Shown here in pieces: positions 37,796-51,000 of a DNA stretch of 64,000 bases. The notes under the pieces are model-generated. The model saw only the letters and a list, made by a program, of their open reading frames with translations. It did not search any database and was not told where the DNA came from. The translations under genes and the position numbers were made by a program. Each line of letters begins with the position of its first letter. Within the stretch, counting starts at the first letter, position 1. Source of the stretch: Microthyrium microscopicum (lineage: Eukaryota); the NCBI GenBank assembly GCA_010405405.1, contig MU004230.1:4110282-4174281 (forward strand). The letters run 5' to 3'.

Positions 37796-40110
37796 CTATG
37801 ACACGACGAATTATGCCTTGCTTTATCGGAGTGGTACAGGAGGGATGCGGCGTTTTGGTCTGAAAGGTTTTGGGATTGAATGGGTAGGGCGACAGGAAAT
37901 TGGGATACGGGTGGTCTTTTGTGTCGTTAAGTAGATAGAGGGGCGGCGCTGACTTTGCAAGCTTCAGGCAATGTGGCTATCGTGAGTTGCGGCGTGGTCG
38001 CGTGCCACTGGAGGATCGCGCAGACCAATGGAACAATTTGCCAACGTAATACTGCCACATGGTGAAGGCGAAATTGAAGCGACGATACGCGGAGTGATAC
38101 GCGATGTAGGATATGGAGGCGTGAAAAGATGTCGAGGCGCGATACTATTCAAGCGACAGAATATTGCAACTGATGTGTGAATGCAAGGACGCGTTCATTG
38201 AAATAACAATGAATTCCCATGCATTGAGAAAAAGCATTGGTGCTGGACCCGAGATGTTTGTCATGAATTACTAAGACAAAAAAGCCTATCGTATTGGTGG
38301 ATCAAGCAGCAGCCAAAGCTTGCCAAAAGAAATGCTTCACAGCTGCTACTTTGGGCTGTCCTGACCGCTATTACCTTCTAAATCCTCACATCGTATCCTT
38401 TTCGCTTTCCGCTATCAAAAGACGCGAACGCGCCATTTTCCAACCTCCTTTCTCATCTCCATCCATCCGATATCTACCTTCCGTGCCTCTTGAAACGCCA
38501 TTGCGTTAATTTAATTGTAATTCAGGCTGAGAGCCTGGCCCTGTCAATCCGCCATTCATTGACGTTGACACTGCTGTCTCCTGGCAGAAACCCAGTTTGC
38601 ATACTGCTCCCACGAGCGCGCTATACACGTTGGACACATTAGGCTTCTGTACTGAAGATTTGATTATTGTACGTACTCATTCTCTCAAAGCCGTACTCCG
38701 CGCTACGTTATCGGAGCTACCCGACATCATTGATCATGATCATTGCTTGGCTATTCACGACGCCAAACCACCCCCATTCTTTTGCTAACTTCATACTGCA
38801 GAACATACAATATACCTCTCCTTACTCCATTTTCCCGAACTCGACGTCCTTTTATCCCCATATAGTCGGCCTGTCATGAACCAAGACAGTCACCAGTCTT
38901 GCTCTCTCAAGTCCTCCTTCAACATACGGTATCCTTTTGGCCGTGAAGATCAACACGATCCTCCATTTAAAGAATAGACTTCCCTGTCGTTGTCCGGGCG
39001 GGTCATACAAATTGATCTTCACATCGGAGCCGCATCCTTGTATACCAAGTCCGATCAATATCTTCAATTGAGTAAGTTTTCCTTGTATATCAACACCTGG
39101 TGTTGATATGATAGCATTTCATGCTCCCAGCGCCTCTATGGTTGCTACAGAGTCCATAATGTGCTGAAAGGAGTATTTAGTCTCTTCAGCTTGTATTGAC
39201 TTGGATAGCACCTTTTATATAATCACATACTAACAAGTCTAGTTCACGACGTCATTTTTCCAGTGCCCTCGTGCCAAATTTCCAACCTTCCCAGCTGCCC
39301 CGGAGCCCCGGTATATAGAAATTGGGTTGTTGGCCAGCGCAACACAACACGAAACGGCTCAAGCCTTGCATGTGCATGACCTTTCGGCATCCGCATTATT
39401 GGACCCACCGATCAATCGGTACCAGTTATCGAGGTGCATATTCCTGTCTGGAAACCACAACCCATTCATTACTATCTAAGCAAGCCAGTAAGTTCAACTC
39501 CTTGTGACGTATTTTTTTCTCTCTCCAGACTTGCGACCTATGAATTGGGCTCTAGTTATTGCATCTTCGTTTCCTAATTCTCTCCGAGCTGATGGAAGCC
39601 AGGCGTTGAATTTGGGTGCATTAATTGCTCCTGCAGCTTGGGTGCATAGTACTAGCATACTTTGACCAACATCGGGAAAGATCGGGTTACCAACCCAACT
39701 ACCAACACTTGACCTCTTCAACATATATGGGCTACTCTTCGCATCGCATCCAACCCTGGGTTCTTTTCTTGTCCTTGTAAAAGGCCCGGATCTTGCCGGT
39801 GATCTCAACCCCATTTCTACCCAATTCCACTCGTTTAGGCTAGTATCTGGGGTGCATCTCGCAGCACGGCCTAGAGTTGCATCTTGCTAAAGCACCTAGC
39901 CATCCAAAACGACTTGTTGGTAGAATATCAGACCATACGTCGGCCATACCTTAACAATCTCGTTCCACCCCAGACAAGTATCCCCCGAATTCCTCCGGAT
40001 CAAGGTCAGGCTCATATTGCATTGCATCCTACACATTCGAACAACAGCGTGTGACCTCCGATGAAAACAGTACCTACTCCGAGTTGGCAAACAAGTAATA
40101 TCCCCTCAAA

Positions 40111-42075
40111 ATGTCGACACCCGATAGGCCTATAGCGCCGGTCGCGCATGTGAGCTTTTCTGCGATACCTCAGTCCCTTCAAAAAGAGGCTTCAAGTGGA
40201 TCCAGTTCTTTACAAGATGATGCCTCGTCTGTCAGTGCCTCAGAATCAACGTCTCCTACTCCAGACTCAACACGCCCTAGCTTGAATACTCAGACCAGCT
40301 CGAATTCAAACCTCTCAAATTCCATGTCATCACACAATTCCAAAGTGAATTTGATAGAAGGCTCCCTCGAAAACATCCTGGAGGATACAAAAGTAGTTTC
40401 CTCGGAATCAGGCTCATCATCAAGATTGGCCAATCGTCGATTCTTACCACTCTTGGATGGCTCTGCTCGACCAGGACGAAAGACGTTCACCCCAATACTG
40501 ATTGAAACCTCGAGAAGATCAAGAAAAGCTGGAGACTCAGAACCAGGTCTAACTCTAGCAGACAAGACGGACGCTGTATCTTGTCGTGAGACCATATACC
40601 GCAAAAGACGTCTCATGAGAACCAAGGCTAGTACCCCAAGGACGGCATCTTTAGCAGGCTCATTTTTATCCAATCTCGAGGCCCGAAGACTAGGAATACC
40701 ACTTCCAAGAAGATCGCCGTCTAGTTCCAGTACTCTTTCACACTGTTACAGGCCCACCGATCTTGATACGATAGAATCGTCGGAATCTGATAGATCAGCA
40801 CCTGCCTCACCAAGTACTTCTTATTCCGTGCCACCATCTCCTATCCCACAACACCTTACACCTCGTGATAGCAACAGCATTGACACCCACTCTACAGGTC
40901 GGTTGATAGCGCTCGCGGCGAGAAACGCAGAAAAACAACTGCGCGAGCGAGGCCTGGCAGCATTCCCCACTCACTACAAGCATCAATCCGTAAATCACTT
41001 CATAGATACAGCCAGTCACACGCCTATCCAGTCAACTTTCTCGAGCCAACATGAGATGGATCTAGAAGGCTATGCAAGCGAAAACTGGGAGTTGAGAGAG
41101 ATCCAAAAACATCACGAGGTGCTACAAGCTCAACGAGATCAACAACAAAAGCGAAAGGAGGCAAAGCGAAAGCTGTTGCAACGCTTGGAGAAGAGACCTG
41201 GGGACAAGCCATTCGCTTTCGAACAATGCGCTGAGCTAGCAGAGCAGAAAGCTTGCGCAGAGGGAGATCGACCTGGACGTCCACCAATGCTTGGCCACGA
41301 GATCGTTTTTCCGCGAAGCGCATCACCAGATCGAGCCATGTTTGATGTGACTCAAGCCCCAGAAAGCTTCAAGCAGACCATGTGCTACCTCTCTGGACAG
41401 GCGAAAGACGAGTCCTGTAGTGGTCTTTGGGACTTGAAAAGCCCGCAGCCAACTGGAGTTAGTAGCCCTCCAGTCGTCTGGTCAACTCCGGCCAGCAGAG
41501 CTCCGAGTACAGGAAATGGAGGCCTATGGGGAGGTTCATGCCTGGATTCAAATACTACTTCTCCATCGCGTGGACCCACTGGCCTCCTAACGCCGCGATT
41601 TACTGAAGACCAAGGTCATTTTCCAAAGGACAACAGTAGTCTCCTGAAAGAAAGTTTCCCACCATCTCCTCCTGCATCGATGACAGGAAAGTTTGGATTC
41701 GAAGACCTCCAGGCCGAGACGGAAGAGATTTCCATTGAAGCCGAATTTAGTGACGAATTCGTCACCCAAGTATACAACTACATGTCTCTCGGCTACCCAT
41801 CGGTAGCAAAAGACTTTGATGCAGAACTAAGCAAAGTCACACGAGTTCCTATCGAGGAGCTTCGAAAAGACGATCATCTCCCGGACTCACGAGGCTATAT
41901 CCGCCTCGGCGAAGACGCAAACCCCTCAACTGGCGTAACTGAAGAAAACTGTGCGCGATGGAAGGCACTCAAAATGTACATATTAGAATGGGCACATCAA
42001 CGACCAGCAATGGTCAAAAATAAAGAGACGGATCCATCGTTCAATGGAACTAGAAAGGGCAGCTGGCAGCTTTAA
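40111..42075 (+). CDS. Conserved fungal hypothetical protein (Ser/Pro-rich N-terminus, conserved C-terminal domain)
   Basis: 654-aa single ORF. C-terminal FVTQVYNYMSLGYPS.A..FD.ELSK, CARW.ALK.YI.EWA and terminal RKGSW, recalled as typical of a Pezizomycotina hypothetical family. Confidence 0.85.
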   Translation: MSTPDRPIAPVAHVSFSAIPQSLQKEASSGSSSLQDDASSVSASESTSPTPDSTRPSLNTQTSSNSNLSNSMSSHNSKVNLIEGSLENILEDTKVVSSESGSSSRLANRRFLPLLDGSARPGRKTFTPILIETSRRSRKAGDSEPGLTLADKTDAVSCRETIYRKRRLMRTKASTPRTASLAGSFLSNLEARRLGIPLPRRSPSSSSTLSHCYRPTDLDTIESSESDRSAPASPSTSYSVPPSPIPQHLTPRDSNSIDTHSTGRLIALAARNAEKQLRERGLAAFPTHYKHQSVNHFIDTASHTPIQSTFSSQHEMDLEGYASENWELREIQKHHEVLQAQRDQQQKRKEAKRKLLQRLEKRPGDKPFAFEQCAELAEQKACAEGDRPGRPPMLGHEIVFPRSASPDRAMFDVTQAPESFKQTMCYLSGQAKDESCSGLWDLKSPQPTGVSSPPVVWSTPASRAPSTGNGGLWGGSCLDSNTTSPSRGPTGLLTPRFTEDQGHFPKDNSSLLKESFPPSPPASMTGKFGFEDLQAETEEISIEAEFSDEFVTQVYNYMSLGYPSVAKDFDAELSKVTRVPIEELRKDDHLPDSRGYIRLGEDANPSTGVTEENCARWKALKMYILEWAHQRPAMVKNKETDPSFNGTRKGSWQL

Positions 42076-42810
42076 ATACGGGTTTGATTACCAGCATTGG
42101 GGCGCTTTAAAAACATGGGCCGCATTCAGCATATCAACATGTGCTTGATTTTTGTTAGTTTTATTCGATATACCTATGGTTTCTTTCACAGCGTTGGCGT
42201 TTCCGGGTATCCTAGTTTAATTCAACTTTGTAATTCCCCTATCTTCTGGATTTTGAATCGCCTTCGTTAGCGATGTTGTGTCTGCTCGCCTTGACTTTCA
42301 AATGGTGTTGTCACTGCAGTTTATTTAGTCTAGTTGAGCAAAATTGAGTATCGCATTGGTATGCTAAGTTCCATATATTCATTCCGACGTTGCGAATGTT
42401 ATATAAATGTTCCTAGGTCTCCAACGACCATATTGCCAGTGCAGTGACCAACACGTACCATATTGATCCTATAGGGCCCAATTAACCAACCAGACTAGAC
42501 GCAGTTTTAAGATTGCACCCGCCTTATTACCAGAGATAGCAGAGTATACTCCCATCTAATCTGACCTATCGATGGCATATCCTATATGCGATTCCACCAT
42601 CTAGCCAATGGTATCTTTGCATATGTTCCTGAAATAGCCACCCAGCTCAACCGCTCCAAAGACAAAGCATCATGGACTACCACACACCGGGAAAATAATT
42701 GATTAAACATATGATGCATTTACTAATCATCTCATCCCTTGGTATTTATAAATCCAAGTCTTGGCCCAAATGCTTGATCACCCCCATTCATTATCCGCTC
42801 ATTATCGACC

Positions 42811-44129
42811 ATGCATCAAAGCATCTCCCTCCTACTCGCGTTGAGCGCAGTAGCGCTCGGCCAAACTTTCACTGTCCCCACGCCACCGAAGGGTACGAAA
42901 CTCGAGGCCATTCCACGAATTGGTTTTGGCACTTCGAGAATCGAGAAGAGTAATTGCTCGGAGGTGGTGGCTGATGCGATTGTGAATGGGTATAGACATA
43001 TTGATGGGGCGTACATTTATGGGAATCAGAAGGAGGTTGGGCTGGGTATTAAGGAGGGGTTGAGGAGGACTGGGTTGAGTAGGAGTGATTTGTGGGTTAC
43101 GAGTAAACTTTGGAATAGTCGGTATGTTTGGTTCCTTTGTTGATGTTGGCGGATTGTTTTGCGGTGGTTCGGTTGTTTGGCTGCATTTGATGGTTGGGCG
43201 CTGTGCTTTCGATGAGAGAGCAGTCTGTGTGGTTCATCGTCTATTGTCCAAGGAGAAGTGATCTTGCGACCATATCTCCTGTCCAGAAAGAACGACGATT
43301 GGTAGAAGTGGCTCCTGCCCGTGGTAGATACTGATCTTTCGATCGTATCTCCTGTCCAGGGATGACAAAGACTTCCTCATCACACTTCCAATCTACAGCA
43401 CAGACTGACATCCTTCGCAGCCACCGACGTGCCGACTTTGCCATCAAAGAGACCCTCGCAGAGCTCCAACTCGACTATCTCGACCTCTGGCTCGTCCACT
43501 GGCCCCACGCCTACAACAACTATTCCGCCGACTTTGACCACGTCGAAGCATGGAAGCAAATGCAGACCCTTCTACGCCCAGTCAACGGCACCCGCTTCAT
43601 CGGCATCTCCAACCACTCGCCCTCGCAACTCGATGACATCTTAGCCCTTCCCGGCCCACACCCAACGCACCACGAGTTCGAAAACCACCCCTACCTCCAA
43701 CAAACCCCCTGGGTGCAGCGCAACCACGCGCTCAACATCACCGTCATCGCCTATGCACCACTAGGCAACACACAAAAGGAGTCCAGCATGGGCGCATCCA
43801 CAGACCGCAGTGCCGTGCAGCCGCTACTAAGTCATCCGGTCATAGCAGGTATTGCAACAGCACGCGGGTGTGATCCAGCCCAGGTTGTGGTTGCGTGGCA
43901 CATGTCGCGAAATGTTGTGGCGATTCCAAAAGCATCGCAGGTGGAGCATCAGAAGAAGAATATTGCGACGATTGAGCAGTGTAAGCTGGCGAGTGAGGAT
44001 TTGGAGAAGTTCAAGACGATTAAGGAGGAGATTCGGTTTTATCCGAATGCGTGTGGTTATGGGATGACGGATGGTTGTGATATGGCTAAGGCGCATTTGG
44101 CGAAGCCGAAGGAGAATACCAATGCATAG
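42811..44129 (+). CDS. Aldo-keto reductase with predicted N-terminal signal peptide; 2 exons
   Basis: IGFGT, GYRHIDGA.IYGNQ, LWVTSKLW, LDYLDLWLVHWP, IGISN, ENHPYLQQ, AYAPLG, IPK. Intron 43122-43420 is phase-compatible. Confidence 0.92.
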
Positions 44130-44929
44130 ATGAGATTGGCATTGGGTGAGGTTGGTTTCAATGGCAGATGGATACGATGAATTGTTGGAGCAGTGAACGC
44201 CTTGGGAAAATCCGAAAACACATCCAAGAAGTAGAGTGCTCCAGAATAGGCGCAGTGGATGCTGCACAACAAAATAGAGAGGTTATGAGTAGACCAAACT
44301 CCAAACAATGGCAAATATTGGCAGAGACAGACTCAGAGTCCGATGTCTCTATCCATTAGATGCGCTGAGTGGCTTTTGTCTAAGGTTGAGGACGAGGAGT
44401 CGGATCGTGCGACATGAAAGCAGAGGCTTTCGAGTTGTGATATTGTAAAGGTGTGGTTCGTGAGGCCGAAACGTTGAAGTCTTGTAGCTTACCCAGTTCT
44501 GGTTCAAGCTACGACCTCAAGCGCTTTCGCCTTGTATTGGAGAGATGCCAGATTTCAAGTTGGAGGGACCTGTGTTCCAAATCTTGGCGTGATGTGTGTT
44601 CTTTGAAGATCCAGAAGATCGCTCCTAAAGACTTCTGGATGGGAGAGGGCCCTTCTGGGTTCTTGGTCCCACGGAGTGGTTGAGAATTGGTTCCTTCTTG
44701 AGCTACTCGACTTGTCCCCTGAATTGGGTATCAAGTGTGTCTTTCTTGCTTCAGGAAGAACTTCTCTGAGTTATGCGCACTCTAGCAAGCGGATCAATAT
44801 GTCCTGTGGCTTGCTTCGAGTGGATGCTCAGCTTTATCTCGGCTTACATACTGACTTCAGAGCATGTTTATGGATATAGTAGGAGAATGGTCAAGGAATG
44901 ATCACAACCGTAGCTGTGACGCTGAATGC

Positions 44930-46072
44930 TCATGGCGGACCTTCATAACCATATGAGTTTAGCTTCTTCAAACGGCGAGGAACTCTAATTCGGCGATTCG
45001 ATGGTGTAGGCTGCGATGGGATGGGCGAGATGATAGGCGGCGATGTGGTAGGTGGCGATGTGTTGGATGGTTGCCACTCATCATCATCAGTCGAGAATCG
45101 GAGTCTCTTATTCGGATTTGACCCTCCGGGATATTCAATCAGAGGCACCGACTCATCATCAACATCTGAGCGACTTCGTTTCTGCCCGCGGGACGAAGTT
45201 AGAGGGTCTTTCTCGGGCTGTATAGGCTCTTCATCAAGACCGGATGCCAGCGTTCCTTCCTGGTGTAGTGTACGGTGGCTTTCCAGTGGTACATCGTTGA
45301 GCATTTGCTCTTGATCAGCAGGCATTGACTTTGGCTTCCTCTTTCTCTGCTTGCCCTTGCGACGATTGCCTTTCGTATTCTGATTTTTCGTTGGGACTTT
45401 GGAGGCTTGGGCGCTGAGCTTCGGCGCATCAGGCATAGGTTCATCCTCGGCATTCGATGTCGGTGTTGGTTCTTGGTCTATCAAGGCTCCAACCTCGGCT
45501 GCGTCAGGCATAGGCTCGTCATCAACATCTAGCCTCGAGGTTCTTTCTGGTTGATTTGAGGCTCTGGTCTCTGCTGCAAATGGCTGCGCTGTCTTACTGC
45601 CAAGAACTCCTTGCATCCTTCTTTGTCTTTTACGAGTCGCTCTGTCCTTGGCCATTTCGCGCGCTTCTGTGCGACTTGGGAGGGGTTCTTTTCGACTGCC
45701 GTTGCTATGAAAAGGTTAGCCATCTGATCACTATGCTTATGCAAACCATGATTCCATGATTACATCCGCTGTAAATTGTACTGACCCATAGAAAATGTCC
45801 TTTTTTCTTTCTCGCAGACTGCCGCAAATCTCGCCGTTCTCTCTGCGCAATCCACCATCTTTGAGTATTGGACCCAAGTCTTGACGCATCTTTTTGCGCC
45901 GCTTCTGGGCACGAGCTTGCGCCGCGCGACTCTTCTTCCACTGATCAGGGCCCCAAAAAGCGGGAGTAATTCGGATTGCTTCGTCCCGAGATGGAATTTC
46001 TGGCGGCTCCACGAATGGATCAGTCATATCCGAGTCGTAATCGAGATCAAGATCTATGATAGTAGAAGACAT
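44930..46072 (-). CDS. Hypothetical basic/low-complexity protein with NLS-like clusters; 2 exons
   Basis: Intron 45785-45705 (GTCAGT..GCTAAC..TAG) joins the 124-aa and 241-aa ORFs in frame (..FYG|NGSRKEP..MAKDR). DEPMPDA is duplicated. An alternative start lies at 46111. Confidence 0.7.
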
Positions 46073-46657
46073 TGTGCAACTATAGAGTTGGAGAATCGTT
46101 ATGCTGGTCATGAAGAACGCTGGGTAACAGGGAAAGAGAATGGGGATAAAGTTCGGGATTGCTTTGTTTATGTTTTAAGGCTGGAGGTTGGTTGAGCAGT
46201 GAACGATTGGTCGAAAGGAGGGGCGTGTGGGGTAGCTAGGCTATTTTAGGTCTAGCTCCGGATACAGCCGTAGATTCCGCTGAGCTTATCTGTAGGTCGA
46301 GTATCAATCGTGATGAGAGCCAAATGTAAATCTACCAGCAATATCAATAACGATTCTATACTGGCTTCGTGGTGTTCAGGGTAAGTCTTGGAGGAAAGCT
46401 TGGAGGAAGTTGGGCTGGGAGAAATCTTACTCGAGTTCGAAGGTTATGGCGGTGAATTGTGACAGTGACCATCATCTACAGAGACCGATAAAGTCACTTG
46501 TTTTGCAGGTTCAAAGCATTGCCCAAGTGAAAGATTAGGCTACACACTGTTCTAGCAGTGAAGTTGATGGAGATGAGGAGTGGTTTTATCCTTCGACAAT
46601 TTTGTGTTTTCCTAAACCTCTCAGCCCACCAATTCCCTTGTCTGCAAGTCCGTCGTA

Positions 46658-49600
46658 ATGTCTCCCCCCATGTCTCCCACCGGATCTTCCTCCATCGATT
46701 ATTCCGAGCTCACATACAACAAATTGACACAAATATTCGACGAGCATTATGGCACATGCTTCTATATCGTTGTCCGCCATCGTTTTCTTTTTGATCAGCT
46801 CAGTGCATTGAACAAGCCGGATCATCTGCGTCAAATTTCCAAATGGATCGGACCTTCTGAGCCAGAAGACAGCTTCAATGACAACGACACTGCTACGGAA
46901 GCTGATTTTGGTGAGGAGTTTGGAATCATCCGAGTTGAACAGCCACAATATGTTCCTCTCAAAAAGCGCAATGGTTGGACCGACGGATACTTATTTGGTA
47001 AGTTATCTCTTTTGGCGAGCAACTTACAACACAGCCTTGTGGAACAACCGCGCTAGCTGCTTATCTCCTGAACTATGTGTTAAACTACTGACATAGCCCA
47101 TGGCGCTCTTTTCAATATTTTGTACTAACTTTGTCGTCACAGGTCGCTATACCAAACGAGGCCGATTTGTGGATGTCGCGCTAAGCAACAAGCCAAACAT
47201 CAGTCGTGCCCACTTTGGTATATTCTTCTGCTCAGAACTGGACAGCAACTGGATGATCCAAAGCACGGGTGGCGATATTGCTGTCAACAACCGATTTCAG
47301 CTGAACCAGTCAACTCCACCGGTCGCGCTGATCCCCAACGTCGTCAATTTCGTGCGGACAAAGGAATTCGACTTAGAGATATACTGTCCCCTTAAGTTCG
47401 AATTCCAGGTAAATATGACTTGGACGTCGAATATGTATGCCAAGCCATCCGAACATAACCAGATCGCGTCATTACGTACGACAACCGCAACAGAAGGGCC
47501 TGCGAAAGTGAGCCGGAAAGTAGACGATGTGTACTTGCTAGGCGAGCAGACCTGGAAACATAGTAAGGGAAAAGAAATCTTCCATACCGTTGCTATGGAT
47601 CCGTGGACATGCGCAAAGTATATCGCGAAGCCTTTCAAGAAGAAAGAAAAGGCGAAACTGCAAACGCGAATTCGTACTCTACAGCAATTTGCGGTAAGTC
47701 TCCAACCAAACGCTTGTCTGAATCCTGATTCTCATATAGACTTACAGAATGGCCCTTTCATTCTTGATGAGCAACTCATAGAGCATGATAAGGAACTCTA
47801 TCTCCTGGCTCCTTATTCAACAGCAATGTGTTTGTCCGATTTGCTGGCATTAGAAAATCCGCCCATAGGAATAGCCTTTGCTCGTCGACTGCTCTGGAAC
47901 TTGATAAGAGTCGTGGCAATCCTTCATGAAGCAGGAATAGCTCACAACAAAATCTCTCTCCGCTCGGTGTTCGTTGAGGATGAGAGCGCCGAAATCGTTC
48001 TCCTCGCTGGATTTTCAGAGTTTTCATCTTTTGCGCCAACAAAAGTTCAACCCGCGGCAAATGACTGCTTTCAGGTCTTTCAAACCATACGCAATTATCT
48101 TGGTAAATCCGCATTGGAGCTGAAGCAATCCTGGACCGGGAATCGGATTCTGGATGATTACTGGACAAGTTCTTGGATGGGAACAGAATCATGGTATGAC
48201 CATGCGCATGAAATATGCGCAGAGCTTCGAATCACCCCTTACACTAAGCTCGAACTTTGGACGACGATCAAAGTGACAAAACCCATGTCAATTCGATACA
48301 TCGTTCGCGGCCACGATGTCCGATACTATGCCGCAGATATCAAGTTCTATGTTGTCCGACTAGCAATTGCTCAAATGACACGATACGACTCCTGGAGCAG
48401 CATTGATCATGTCGAAAAGAATGTTAATGTGGCTTTGGCGACTGAGACCGATCAAGAAGGATATATCAGCGACTCTTTCTACCGCCGCTTGTGCGATCAT
48501 GTGAGGAAGCGACATGGTTTCAACCTGCGCTTCTCCACTCTTCCACTTTCGAGGAAACAGCCCGATCATGATCCTGTCTTCACGGTCCAAGTCTCCTTCT
48601 CCGTTCCTTATAACCCTCGTTACGGAATTGTCAATTTCGAATGTTTGTCACGAATTGGGTCTGCGCATACTATGGACCATAGCGCGTTGTCAAGACTCGT
48701 TGAGAATAGCATTGAGGTACGAGGACTTCCCCAGGTTCAAGGATTTTACTTGCCAATTAAATACGTGCCGGAGATCGCCTCTGCCCTGGACTTCACCTTC
48801 GACGAAACCTCAATCCAAGGGAATGGCGATTCTTCTATGGCAAAGCATACATTTCGAAAGTGGTATCTGATTGCTGTACACGAGTCGTCTGAGCTTTTCC
48901 CAGTTTCTCGCCAGCTGAAAACAGTGCAAATCGACCCTAAACGCACCCTCCCATTATCAAAATTTCTGAAGGAATACTTCGAGAAAAAACAGTTCCTAGA
49001 CGCAACTGTTCAGCACGACCCAAGCCGTTTATTGGAATCCACAGACTCAACGGCCAAATCACCTTCCTGTAGAGGATCAGTGTCGCCAAGCGACAGCGAT
49101 AGCTCGCCAACGTTCGAGTTTCATAGAGCAAAGCGGGAAGCGACCTCCCCTATCATTGCTAGAAGTACCAAACGAAGACAGAAAGACAAGTTCATCATGG
49201 CCCCAAGCGTGGAACCCAATAAGATTGAACTGTGGACCGAGGATATGGAAAAGGCGGTTACCAAGACGAATCCGCTGTCCACCAAGTCTTCAAACACACT
49301 GAAAATGGCATCGAACTCTTCACCACCGGAAGTCTCCAACGACATTCCAGCCGCTCGTTTTAGGACACCGGATAAACGTGAACGCGAGCAGGAACTTGAA
49401 CACCAACTTCGGCGGGAAAAGAGACGGAACAAGAGTCGAAATACCAAAGAGAAAAAGATCAATGCTGTTGCTGACAAGATCGTACTCTGGGAATCAGATA
49501 CACAACCTCCGACCAAAAAGCAAAACAGTTCCATACTTTCACCGCTGGCGAAGTCCAAACTTAATACCTTGGCAGAGGACTCATCAGGAGCGAAGAAAGA

Positions 49601-49898
49601 CACAAGCAATCCTCAGAAGCACTCCGAGGTTGAGAACATCAGCGCCTCTAATAAGCGACTCAGGCACGATCTGGGCTTAACGTCTGAACCGCAACTTGAA
49701 AGTGAGCAACAAGAGGACCTTACAGAACATTTTGAGGAAGGACAGCAGAACAATTCGTACAGCCAATTGAATTGGGGAGAACCGGAAGTTCCGGATTTTC
49801 AGTTCAAGTCAAGAAGACGCCTAAAATCTGGGCTTCAAATCAAAGCTGAAAAGAGAATTGCAGACGAGATGGTACTTTGGCGGGCGAATCTTCAATAA
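46658..49898 (+). CDS. Predicted FHA domain + pseudokinase + KilA-N/APSES-like domain protein; 3 exons
   Basis: Intron 46998-47142 creates GYLFG|R...ISRAHF (FHA GR and SRxH motifs); a probable in-frame 54-nt intron lies at 47694-47747. Kinase-fold order YIAK / YLLAPY / LHEAGIAHNKIS / VLLAGFS / NDCF. VPYNP..GIVN and VRG..QVQGFYLP...EIA resemble KilA-N. Basic disordered tail. Confidence 0.75.
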
Positions 49899-50483
49899 GC
49901 GGCTTTCAAGGATAGATGGGGTGGCATCAGACAAAGAATTTGAACCGGTCGCGTCCCAAAGTACGAACGTTAAATTTCAATGGCTCAAGGCTAGTTGACA
50001 AATATGCTCATGGCAAATGTGACCCCCTAGGGGTGAAGTTGGATATTCATATTTGAAAGATCACCGGTGGTTTGATCATCCTGTACAAGACACAGAAAGA
50101 AGTGTCGAACGATCGAACATGCTGTTCATTACTACCCTGTATTTGATGTTCCCAGGTTTTTTGATGATGAACCATGATGTAATGCTAGTTTAGAAAGAAA
50201 TTTGAGTATATACAAGAAGCTGAAGCTATCTAACATCTCTTCGCTTCGCAGGGTCAGCTACTTGTAGATCAGGGCAATCAGCGATTATACCTGATATCGC
50301 TCTGGATGGTACCATGCTGGATTGAAACCACACTTTGGATCAATTCAATCAATACCGAAAGACAATCGACTCGAATCGTAAACTTGGACAAACACTCAAT
50401 CTCGCTTGTTGCCTGACCTTTGTCCCACAGGACATTGATTATGTGTATAGTCAGTTAGATGCTGTACTGGACATTAGAATTGG

Positions 50484-51000
50484 CTATGGCGTGACAGTAA
50501 CTTGATGGTAGGCTAAGCTGCTTTGAACGTCAATCCTCCAAGCGGATGGGTCAATTGTAACGACACTAGAGGCAAGGTCAATGGTAGCTTGATGCAATTC
50601 GACGGCGGCCTCGAGGTCCTCATATCTGATTTCCGATGCAAATTGCTCGTCAAGCTCTACAGCGAGCCAAGATCCAGCTGCCGTGAGGGTATCATAGCTG
50701 GGATCCTCGTCGGAGACATCCACTGTGTATTCAAGTTCTTGGGTTTGGGTGTTGGTGTCGGAGGTATGGACAATGAGTGAGTCTGTTGATTGCGCAGCGG
50801 CGGCGGAGTTATTCTCAAGTCCCTGAACGTTCCTTCTTATATAGATGAGCAAGCAGAAGCAGTTTCCGGCTGGCAGTTAATACATACTGCTTGCATGTAC
50901 CGCAAATGGTCAGTGGCTGGTTGACCTGATGAGCTCGGTTTGGTTGAGTGCCAGAGAGATCCATTTCTTCGGTGGTAGGACGAAGCTGAGACGAAGACAT
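50484..51000 (-). CDS. Hypothetical protein; at least 2 exons
   Basis: Intron 50887-50836 (GTATGT..AG) joins MSSSQLR..ICGTCKQ in frame to RNVQGLE.. of the 122-aa ORF. The 3' end may extend via another exon. Confidence 0.45.

Noticed and set aside
50163..50225. C-box/D-box-like ATGATGA...CTGA
   Set aside because: No terminal stem or recognisable rRNA guide; it lies in a probable 3' UTR.
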